Of a stretch of 64,000 nucleotides of DNA, positions 52,004 through 60,099 are shown one piece after another. Location: the IMG/VR virus record IMGVR_UViG_3300020045_004580, positions 2,883-66,882 of that record, one strand, 5' to 3'. Origin of the DNA: a virus (lineage: Duplodnaviria; Caudoviricetes). The position numbers were made by a program, and so were the translations under genes. The notes beneath the pieces are model-generated. The model made no database searches. It was not told the origin of the DNA and saw nothing but the letters and a program-made list of their open reading frames with translations. The first letter of the stretch is position 1; every line of letters begins with the position of its first letter.

Positions 52004-52525
52004 CTATTTAAGATTAGGATGTAAAGCTCTAATAACAGCTTGTTCTTGTTTTATTATTCTTTCTTTATCTTTCTTTTCAATTTCAGCTTTAATAACATCC
52101 TCTGTAATACCTTGAGCAGCTCTTTCATCAAAGATACGTTGTTGCTCTTGTTTAACTGTCATATAGTCTTCTTGTATTACATTATATAAAGCTTTAGTAG
52201 CATTAGTAAACCAATCTTGTAAAGCTCTACGTTCTAAAGCGTAAATAGTATCTGTAATATCTTTAGGATAGTAATTGTGATATAAGTAATGAATTTCTCC
52301 TATAGGGTTTCTTGATTTATCTACAGCATACATTCTAAATAAATATACAGGTTTAGCAGTAGAAAGGAATACAGTAGGCTTTTCTTGTTTAGGTACAAGA
52401 GTAAAATCAGTTTTAAAACTAATTTTATTATTATTAGCGTACATTTCATTAGTTATTTTTGCAAGTGAACTTGCGAGGATACTTCTATATATAAGAAGGT
52501 CTTGAGGTATAATATCGTTTGCCAT
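52004..52525 (-). CDS. hypothetical protein, first gene of the late/virion module
   Basis: 173-aa ORF, operon-packed with downstream genes. Confidence 0.7.
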   Translation of the reverse strand: MANDIIPQDLLIYRSILASSLAKITNEMYANNNKISFKTDFTLVPKQEKPTVFLSTAKPVYLFRMYAVDKSRNPIGEIHYLYHNYYPKDITDTIYALERRALQDWFTNATKALYNVIQEDYMTVKQEQQRIFDERAAQGITEDVIKAEIEKKDKERIIKQEQAVIRALHPNLK

Positions 52526-52738
52526 CGTTATTATTAGTTTAAATTATTTAATTAAAATTGTTATTTTTTATATCATAAAAAATGGAAGGTTTTAGGTCCT
52601 AAATAGTCTTAGAATTTATAATAGAAAAATCTATAGTACGAGTATATATAAATTCATTATTAAAATCTATAGTAATAATATCATTAAAATCTATATTAAT
52701 ATTATATCTATAATTGACAGTAATTGACAGTAGAACTT

Positions 52739-52894
52739 TGCCCGTAAGAGAGAGTTTAATCGTATTTATTCCTTCATATCGTTTAGATATGTCAAATATA
52801 ATATTTCTAACGTTCATATATACTATATAATAATGTTAAAATTATGTTAAAGTTTTATACAACAAACCACTAGTTAACATCTCTCTTATGGGCA
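52739..52894. repeat. dispersed motif, convergent pair (52739-52763 plus; 52869-52894 minus)
   Basis: TGCCCGTAAGAGAGAGTTTAATCGT and TGCCCATAAGAGAGATGTTAACTAGT. Confidence 0.88.
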
Positions 52895-52961
52895 ATTCTA
52901 ATAATATAACTGTCAATACAATTAGACCTATAATAACTAATACTTCTGTCAACTTAGGTAC

Positions 52962-53287
52962 TATAGTTTTTTATATGAGAATTAATAATAAAAAATTATA
53001 AAATTTTGAGATAAAAAATGATAATAAAAATTAAAAGGTTTATGATAATAAAAATTAAAAGGTTTTTGGATAAAATTGAAGAAGTAGATAAGAGAAGAAA
53101 TTGAGATTGAAAATTTAAAGTAATAAGAGGGAATTTTAGAGGGAATTGGGAATAGAATTAAATTTAAAATAAGAGGAATTGAGATGTAGATTATGAAAGA
53201 GATTTATATGAAATAAGAGATTGGATAGAGTGAAAAAAAAATATATAAAAAATTTTTAAAAATATATGAAGTGTATGGATATGGATA
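52962..53287. other. 326-nt C-free tract (G-free on the minus strand)
   Basis: No C on the + strand between the C at 52961 and the C at 53288, although G is frequent. Confidence 0.9.
53018..53065 (+). repeat. perfect 24-bp tandem duplication
   Basis: ATGATAATAAAAATTAAAAGGTTT x2. Confidence 0.9.
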
Positions 53288-53509
53288 CACCCATATAGTT
53301 ACCCCCACTACTCTTCGAGGAAATCAAATACCCCGTGGTGTTGTTGCCTTTGTTAATTTCTAATTGGAATTGACAGTTATAGTAGAAATAAAGTTTGATT
53401 TGTAAATTCAAATGGTTATCTTATTTCTATTCTATAACTACATCTATTAACGTGTTCATGTTTAATAGATTTTAATAACGTAATCTTTAACCCTTTAAAT
53501 ATTTCAATT

Positions 53510-54154
53510 ATGAAAACATTTAACATTATTGCCGCAGACATTATTACGAAAGCAGGAATTGAGCCTTTCGTAGGTCTAACCGTTACAGTTAACGGACAAC
53601 AACAACAGATTGCTAGAACTTGTAAACAAGCTTTGCTTGATTTACATAAATCAGCTCGTGCATCTAATATTCCTTCTGGTCTATTTGATAATGGAGTTGC
53701 AAGTGCTCTTCCAAGTCTTTATAACCAATTCCGTGAAGCTGTCATTGGATTAGTTGGTAAAGTAGGAGTAGCAGACGTGGAATTCTACGAAGCTGGTGCT
53801 GAATATGAAGCTACAGAAGTAAGTTCTGCTGTAAAAGCTGGAACTGCACAAGTAGGAGATATTCTTAAAACAGAAAAGAAAGGTTCTCGTGTAGAAGGTT
53901 TTATGGCTTTTCCATTATCCGAAGCAGAAATAATTCGTAGAGAGATTATTGCTAATGTTGACCAAACATTATTGATTAATGCTTTATTAAGTATTAATGC
54001 TGTAGCTCCTGCACCAATTGCTGTACCAGTAATAGAAGCTACTAGTTCTACTAGTAATGAAGAAATTAGTAAAGAAGCTTTTGGAAATTTTACTGCTGAA
54101 GATTTCATAGCTGAAACAGTAGAACAAAAACCAGCTAAAGTAACTAAATTGTAA
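53510..54154 (+). CDS. first rightward (early) gene, hypothetical protein
   Basis: 214 aa with high-expression codon usage (GCT, CGT, TTC, AAC) and an acidic Ala/Pro/Thr tail; A-rich leader. Confidence 0.8.
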   Translation: MKTFNIIAADIITKAGIEPFVGLTVTVNGQQQQIARTCKQALLDLHKSARASNIPSGLFDNGVASALPSLYNQFREAVIGLVGKVGVADVEFYEAGAEYEATEVSSAVKAGTAQVGDILKTEKKGSRVEGFMAFPLSEAEIIRREIIANVDQTLLINALLSINAVAPAPIAVPVIEATSSTSNEEISKEAFGNFTAEDFIAETVEQKPAKVTKL

Positions 54155-54166
54155 TATATAGTTATT

Positions 54167-54208
54167 AAAGAGCAACTATCCTGACTTTGTTAGGATAGTT
54201 ATCTCTTT
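54167..54208 (+). terminator. hairpin after the first early gene
   Basis: AAAGAG-C-AACTATCCT-GAC-TTT-GTT-AGGATAGTT-AT-CTCTTTT. Confidence 0.65.
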
Positions 54209-54273
54209 TGGTTCTAATTAAACTCACATTACAATAAACTCACAATTTTAACTCACATTTAAAAATAAAACAA

Positions 54274-54750
54274 ATGAAAACAATAACAGCATTATTAACA
54301 TCAATCGTAGCTATAGTAATCTTTATAGTATTACTAATCTATTCTTCATCAACTTTACTATTATCCAATCACTTCTATCAAAACCTAACCACTAAAGAGG
54401 TTCATTCTTTTGAAATTACATTTGTATTTAATAGTATTATATTACTAATACTTTCTTTTGTTAGTCTATCTATAGGTTTTAAATCTTTTATGATATTTAT
54501 AGCTAATTTAACTAATGACCTTGAAAAGAAAGAAGATAATAATATTAAAAAGAAGCTAAAATATATTAAGCTTTCTAAATTATATAATGATTTAAATAAT
54601 ACTAATGAAGTAGATAAAAAAGAAGAATTAGTTAAGGATTATTTTGAAGACAAAATAGTTAATGAAGCATCTACTAGTTTAAAAGAATTATTTAACCAAA
54701 TAAATAAAAAGAAACTAAATAATCTTATTCCTAAACCTTTTAACGATTAA
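54274..54750 (+). CDS. two-TM membrane protein
   Basis: Two hydrophobic helices followed by a charged coiled coil. Confidence 0.65.
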   Translation: MKTITALLTSIVAIVIFIVLLIYSSSTLLLSNHFYQNLTTKEVHSFEITFVFNSIILLILSFVSLSIGFKSFMIFIANLTNDLEKKEDNNIKKKLKYIKLSKLYNDLNNTNEVDKKEELVKDYFEDKIVNEASTSLKELFNQINKKKLNNLIPKPFND

Positions 54751-55158
54751 ATTATCTCTTTGCTCTTATACCAATATGAAAAAGAAACTGTACATTTAAA
54801 TGAACAGGTATAAGAGTGTAATGCACTACCTTAATTGGTAAAGGTCTAAAGTCCTTATTAAAGTCAGATAGCACAAAGAAAAGAGAAAGATATATTATGT
54901 GGTTATAATATGTTTGTTAGATACTGGAGAAGTAGCTGGTTTTAAAGAGAGATTGGCTACTTTGAAGGTATTGATATTATAGAAGAAGAAAGAGAGTAAT
55001 TAAAACTTATTTATTGACGTTGGTAAGTGAAGATTTAAGAGATAGTTGTTATGATTGTGGAGATTGTTTTGGTGTTGGAGCAATGGAAGATGAAATTATA
55101 ATGATTCAGAGGATGAAGAAAAGGAAGATGGAGTCAGTAAGACTATCCTATTATCTTG

Positions 55159-55477
55159 CCTCTCCTACTACCTCTCCTAATCCTCATTCTCTACTCTCTA
55201 ATTCTTCTTTATTTACAATCAATTTTTCCCTCCTTATTCCACCTATTATTACCTCTCATATTTCCCCTATTATCAACCACTTACAAATCTCTTCAAATTC
55301 CTTCAATCTTACCATTACATCTACTAACTCAAATTTTTCCAATTCCTACCCTCTTATCCTTCAATCAATTACAATTTTAGTTATCTAAACTTAATCCCAT
55401 AACCACTTATAAATCAACATTTAACACATTAAATTTTAACATTCTCAATATTACCCTTATATTTACACTTATATATT
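55159..55477. other. 319-nt C-rich, essentially G-free tract
   Basis: No G in 55159-55379, one G at 55380, none again until 55478; preceded by a G-rich, C-poor block at about 54960-55141. Confidence 0.9.
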
Positions 55478-55607
55478 GAGGTCATAATACAAATAATAAA
55501 TCTTAAAGTTGTATTTACTAATACATTTAAAGATACAAACCAAGATAAACCAAGACAAACCAAAATAAACAACTAAAACAATTTATAACCATTAATTAAA
55601 TTCACAA

Positions 55608-55823
55608 ATGATACAATTTATAACAGCTTTAGATACAAATATACTAATATTACTATATATAGTAATATACTTAATTCAACTACTTCTAACAGAATACTTA
55701 ATTAAAGTAGTTAATAGATTAGATTCTGGCTATAAACGTACAAATCTTCATTATTTTCTTCCTATTATAGCCCCTTTAGTTTATATTCTTATTATAATAG
55801 AAGAACTATACGATAGATTATAA
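55608..55823 (+). CDS. small membrane protein
   Basis: 71 aa, two hydrophobic segments, A-rich leader. Confidence 0.55.
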   Translation: MIQFITALDTNILILLYIVIYLIQLLLTEYLIKVVNRLDSGYKRTNLHYFLPIIAPLVYILIIIEELYDRL

Positions 55824-55854
55824 TATATAAATTATTAATTAAATAAATATACTT

Positions 55855-56211
55855 ATGTCAAATATAACAATACCATCAAATATTCTATTATATTCTTATA
55901 AAAGATTAATAGATATATTAAATAAAAATGGATATTCTATTACAGAAGATGAAAAATCTATAACATTAAATAAAGATAGTATTTATATTAATAGTATAAG
56001 TAAAATTGATATAGATAAATTATTAAAAAAAGAAAAACACATTACCTATTCAATTAATATTAGTTATTATAATAAATATAAAGATAGTAATAGATATAGT
56101 GATAAAGTGAAAGAAGTTAAAAGTAAAATAGATATTATAATTTATATACATGGGATTAAATATTTATGTAATGAATTAAATAAAACAAATAAAATCTTTA
56201 ACCTTACGTAA
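55855..56211 (+). CDS. hypothetical early protein
   Basis: 118-aa ORF with A-rich leader. Confidence 0.55.
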   Translation: MSNITIPSNILLYSYKRLIDILNKNGYSITEDEKSITLNKDSIYINSISKIDIDKLLKKEKHITYSINISYYNKYKDSNRYSDKVKEVKSKIDIIIYIHGIKYLCNELNKTNKIFNLT

Positions 56212-56242
56212 TTAATTTACGTTTTAATCCATAATTAATATT

Positions 56243-56425
56243 ATGACACAAACTATTACCACAGAAAGAAAAAGAAGACCTAGAATTGCTAAAGGTCTAT
56301 TAGTTACTTCAACTAATGAAGCTAGAAGAGCTTGTATTAAACAATACTTAACTGTCTATATTTTTAGACCTTTCAGCTATAAATTAGTAAGACAAGTTAT
56401 TATTGACTTACCATTAATTAACTAA
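56243..56425 (+). CDS. small basic early protein
   Basis: 60 aa, ERKRRPRI N-terminus. Confidence 0.6.
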   Translation: MTQTITTERKRRPRIAKGLLVTSTNEARRACIKQYLTVYIFRPFSYKLVRQVIIDLPLIN

Positions 56426-56437
56426 ATACTATTTAAT

Positions 56438-56545
56438 ATGGCAAGATGTGAACATTGTGGTAAACCTATTACCACTAAAGAATTTGATGATAATGACGGC
56501 TTATGTACACCTTGTACTAATACCATTATTGCAACTAAAAAATAG
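56438..56545 (+). CDS. 35-aa zinc-ribbon mini-protein (not in ORF track)
   Basis: MARCEHCGKPITTKEFDDNDGLCTPCTNTIIATKK; CxxC-x15-CxxC. Confidence 0.6.
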   Translation: MARCEHCGKPITTKEFDDNDGLCTPCTNTIIATKK

Positions 56546-56668
56546 CTAGCTTAATAACCAGTTTTACAATGCAATTTATACCACTACTACAAATGTATAG
56601 TACGCCATATAAAATAAGATAGCATATATAAACTGGTTATTATTAATTAACACTAAATTAACAATAAA

Positions 56669-56938
56669 ATGAAAAAGATTTTTAAACCTATAATAAACCT
56701 TGATGATTTATGTTTATATCTATTAATACTAACAATGTCTTTTTGGACTGTTGTATTTATATTTTGTATCTTTGAATCTATAAATAAAGTAGAAAATAAA
56801 GTAAATAATAAAACTATTATAATTTGGAATGATGATGAAGAATCTATTCCTAAAGCTAATTCATTAATAACTCTTGAGTTAATAAAAGGAGATACTATTT
56901 ATATAGGACCTTACAATAAGACTGCTAAACCTAATTAA
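56669..56938 (+). CDS. membrane-anchored early protein
   Basis: N-terminal TM helix; IIWNDDEESIP...IKGDTIYIG domain. Confidence 0.6.
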   Translation: MKKIFKPIINLDDLCLYLLILTMSFWTVVFIFCIFESINKVENKVNNKTIIIWNDDEESIPKANSLITLELIKGDTIYIGPYNKTAKPN

Positions 56939-56956
56939 TAACATAAAATTATAACC

Positions 56957-57151
56957 ATGTCAAATAAAAAAAGAATAGAACAATTAGAAGCTCAATTAAG
57001 TATAGCTATGAATATTTGTAGAAAACTAATAGGTGTTGACACTTCTGATGCTGTAGCTAAAGAATTTGATGATTTAGAACAAGAAGTTTATAGGGAAAGC
57101 ATAGTTACAAATACAGAAGAATACTTTCCTAAAGATATTATAAATATATAA
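56957..57151 (+). CDS. small hypothetical early protein
   Basis: 64 aa, coiled-coil N-terminus. Confidence 0.6.
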   Translation: MSNKKRIEQLEAQLSIAMNICRKLIGVDTSDAVAKEFDDLEQEVYRESIVTNTEEYFPKDIINI

Positions 57152-57160
57152 AATAAAAAT

Positions 57161-57420
57161 AAGGTTAAACATTGAATACCTTTGTAATATTAACTGCTCG
57201 ACACAGTGTGGTCAATGTATTACATAAAGATACTATCAGTAATGGTAGATGTATTGTTCCCTTGAGAAAGGAAGTGAGCTGAATAGTAGTAAAGTACGCT
57301 ACCAACACAAATGAGTTCTCGGCAAGTAGTTATGATGTAAATGGATTATTCCATATTAGTAACTACGTGACCCTACTCTTATGTCGCAAGACTATGGATA
57401 AGAAAGAGGGTACTAATAAA
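57161..57420 (+). ncRNA. candidate structured RNA element, copy 1
   Basis: ORF-free, raised GC, several hairpins (AAGGT/ACCTT, GTAGTTA/TAACTAC, ACCCT..TCTTAT-GTC-GCAA-GAC..ATAAGA..AGGGT); 5' end homologous to 59261. Confidence 0.5.
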
Positions 57421-57941
57421 ACTATATGTAAAGTTGAAACCTTTACCAATAATACATATAATCGTAAAGTCGATTTCAAATAGTAAAGGAGAGAAGTACG
57501 ACTCTACAAACGTTGAGATAACTATTGTTACGTTGTCAATATAAAACTTGGATTACAACAAGCGTGCTAATCTGCGAAAGATCAAAGAGGAGTAACCAAG
57601 CCTCTTATTTTAATAATAATAAAATAAGTCAATACTATATTGAAAAGAAAATAAATAAAAGAGAATTAGTACTACTCTTGCTACTTGACTTGTAGGTAAC
57701 ATTATAGATTTGGTAACAAATAAAGAACAATATGTTATATTGTATGCTAGTCCTTGTACACACTATATTGAACCTATTTAATAAAAAACTTAATAACTTC
57801 ACAAGATATTGAGTGCACCAGTTTCTTTAATAAAGTTACATTCATTAGTGAGTGTGTAATACGATGAATTAACATTTGCCACTATTATTAAAGTTTTAGG
57901 TGTAAAATACAAACAAATTATTAATCTTAAAAACAAATGTT

Positions 57942-58103
57942 ATGGAAACCCCAATGACACAAAAAGAAGTACAAAGACATTATAGTACAAATACAGGAAA
58001 CAAATATCCTACAACTTCTCAATATCCTACTAATACTGTAGCACAAGATGAAGATACTATTTGTGATTCTTGTTCTGGAAGAAGTTGTACTTGTAGTAAT
58101 TAA
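57942..58103 (+). CDS. 53-aa Cys-rich mini-protein (not in ORF track)
   Basis: METPMTQKEVQRHYS...ICDSCSGRSCTCSN; its leader AATCTTAAAAACAAATG is identical to that of the next gene. Confidence 0.5.
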   Translation: METPMTQKEVQRHYSTNTGNKYPTTSQYPTNTVAQDEDTICDSCSGRSCTCSN

Positions 58104-58133
58104 TAAATAAAAACAATCTTAAAAACAAATGAT

Positions 58134-58913
58134 ATGAATCAGTTTAAAAGAGCTCAAGTGGTAATGTTACCTACAACTAATTCTCCTTTAAAAGGAGAAT
58201 TAATATTAAGACATATTTGGAAAAATACAAAAAATGAGTGTAATACACTTTGGCAATTTAAAGAAGATGTAATTATAAGTGGTATAAGACAATTTATAAC
58301 CTTAAATGGTAGTTTTAGAGATATTTATACAGCTTTTAAATCTCAACATTTATATGTTATTTCAGATGATGAAATAAAAGAAGGGGACGTTGTATATCAT
58401 ATTAAAAATGATAATATGTTATTACTTATTAAAGATACTTTGATTATGTATGAAAAATGTACCTATAAATTAGAATATAAAAAAATCATAGCTACAACAG
58501 ATACTTCATTAGGATATAATAAATCATTTATCAACCCTATTAATAATAAAGCTGATAATAAATGGATAAGTTTACCTCAACCTTCACAACAATTTATTGA
58601 AAAATATATTGAATCTTATAATAAAGGTGAAGTTATTACTGATGTATTAGTTGAATATAATACAACTTGTAATAAACTTTATTGTTCAAGTGCATATAAA
58701 TTATCTGTAAAATGTACTAGTCCTAATAATTGTCAATTTAATACTTTAAAAATTAATTCTAAAGACAATACTATTACAATTAAGAAATTAAAAAATAGTT
58801 GGAATAGAGAAGAAGTAACTAGTTTAATAGAATTAGCTTGGGCTATTGCTTCTGCTTATGGTGAAAATACTAATTCAGAAGATTGTATAGATTGGATTAA
58901 TCATAATTTATAA
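58134..58913 (+). CDS. hypothetical early protein
   Basis: QHLYVISDDEIKEGD, KKIIATTD and LPQPSQQFIEKYIE motifs that I recall from a family in Bacteroidota phages; function unknown. Confidence 0.75.
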   Translation: MNQFKRAQVVMLPTTNSPLKGELILRHIWKNTKNECNTLWQFKEDVIISGIRQFITLNGSFRDIYTAFKSQHLYVISDDEIKEGDVVYHIKNDNMLLLIKDTLIMYEKCTYKLEYKKIIATTDTSLGYNKSFINPINNKADNKWISLPQPSQQFIEKYIESYNKGEVITDVLVEYNTTCNKLYCSSAYKLSVKCTSPNNCQFNTLKINSKDNTITIKKLKNSWNREEVTSLIELAWAIASAYGENTNSEDCIDWINHNL

Positions 58914-58916
58914 AAC

Positions 58917-59255
58917 ATGAAAAATACTCACATACCAAACTTACTTAAAGAAGTTCCTAAAGATATTAGATTAGAAGTATATAAGGAAGCTTTAGATATA
59001 ATAATTAACAATAAAATCATTAAATCAAATTCAGGTTATAATTTATGTATATTATTACCTTGTTTACTATGGGATTTAGAAGATTATTGGGATATATCAC
59101 CAAATGGTGAAACTTGGCATTATCAGGAAACTATTAAAGCTTTTCCTGAATTAACACAAAAGTTTATTAATAATATTAATAAAATTACTAATATTAATGA
59201 TAGACATAATATGAGAATAAATTTATTACAAACTAGTATTAAATTATTATCTTAA
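58917..59255 (+). CDS. hypothetical protein
   Basis: 112-aa ORF coupled to the upstream gene. Confidence 0.65.
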   Translation: MKNTHIPNLLKEVPKDIRLEVYKEALDIIINNKIIKSNSGYNLCILLPCLLWDLEDYWDISPNGETWHYQETIKAFPELTQKFINNINKITNINDRHNMRINLLQTSIKLLS

Positions 59256-59260
59256 TAATA

Positions 59261-59517
59261 AAGGTTAAACCTTGAAACCTTGTAATAATATGTAAATAGA
59301 TGTCCATATTATACTAAAGAAACTATTTCCAAATAAATAAGGAATAGAATACAACACTTGAAATGGTATTTGAGAGTGAACATAAAGACAATAATAAAGT
59401 TATGAGAAATATTGAATAAAATCAATTCTTGGGTAATATTATTATATATCTTGTTGATGTATTAGGAGTTACCAGCTAGACCATTAGATTATATAAGTGC
59501 CTACCTTTTAAGTAGGA
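59261..59517 (+). ncRNA. candidate structured RNA element, copy 2
   Basis: Begins AAGGTTAAACCTTGAAACCTTGTAATA like 57161; ATAATATG/CATATTAT and CTATT(T)CC/GGAATAG stems. Confidence 0.45.
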
Positions 59518-59844
59518 GTGACTAAAGTAATAATGGTGCTAAAATATAAACAATTAAATAATCACAAAATGTTAAAGAACAGAATTAAAGGTAAAATTTA
59601 TGAAGATTTAGTACCTACAGTAATAATTAGAAAAAGTAGAAGAAGAATAAATATTAATAAAATAGTAGAAGCTAGACTTACAAAAATGTGGAAAAGAGAA
59701 TTAGATTTACCTATTATGAAAAACAATCAAGCTACAATTTCCACTCTAAATAAAAACTATAAATATAGTAAAGGTGGATATGCTTTAGCTAAAAATGGTG
59801 TACCTTTAAATAATAATGGTATAAATGCTTTAAAAAGAATCTAA
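59518..59844 (+). CDS. basic hypothetical protein
   Basis: Called from a GTG start; true start may be the ATG of MLKNRIKG. Confidence 0.55.
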   Translation: MTKVIMVLKYKQLNNHKMLKNRIKGKIYEDLVPTVIIRKSRRRININKIVEARLTKMWKRELDLPIMKNNQATISTLNKNYKYSKGGYALAKNGVPLNNNGINALKRI

Positions 59845-59846
59845 TT

Positions 59847-60089
59847 ATGGATTTAAAATTAACTATTACATATTTAAAATCAGTAGGTTATACTATAACT
59901 GAAAATACAGAAGCACGTATAACTTGTTTTAATTTAGATACTAAATATATTATTACACAATTAAGTAATGGTTATACAATTATATCTCAAGAAAATACAA
60001 TTGATATTAGATTTAAAGGTGTAATTGAGAATCTTCAAGAACTTAAAGGAGTTATTAAACTTATAATTAGAATAAAGAAATTAAGATAA
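59847..60089 (+). CDS. hypothetical protein
   Basis: 80-aa ORF, operon-packed. Confidence 0.6.
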   Translation: MDLKLTITYLKSVGYTITENTEARITCFNLDTKYIITQLSNGYTIISQENTIDIRFKGVIENLQELKGVIKLIIRIKKLR

Positions 60090-60099
60090 TAATACTACC

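Noticed and set aside
52599-52817. 72-aa minus-strand ORF
   Set aside because: Overlaps the repeat-rich origin-like element and has an Ile/Asn-dominated product; probably not coding, though not excluded
52825-52852. dif-like site (TTATGTTAAAG resembles the XerD arm)
   Set aside because: No XerC-like arm ending in ATAA at the 6-bp spacing
55014-55388. ORFs 55014-55388 and 55156-55380
   Set aside because: Non-ATG starts and low-complexity products; explained by the G-rich then G-free composition, which suppresses stop codons
57585-57620. preQ1-I riboswitch (AGAGG...CCTCT)
   Set aside because: The loop lacks the UUC-type signature and the 3' tail is U-rich, not A-rich
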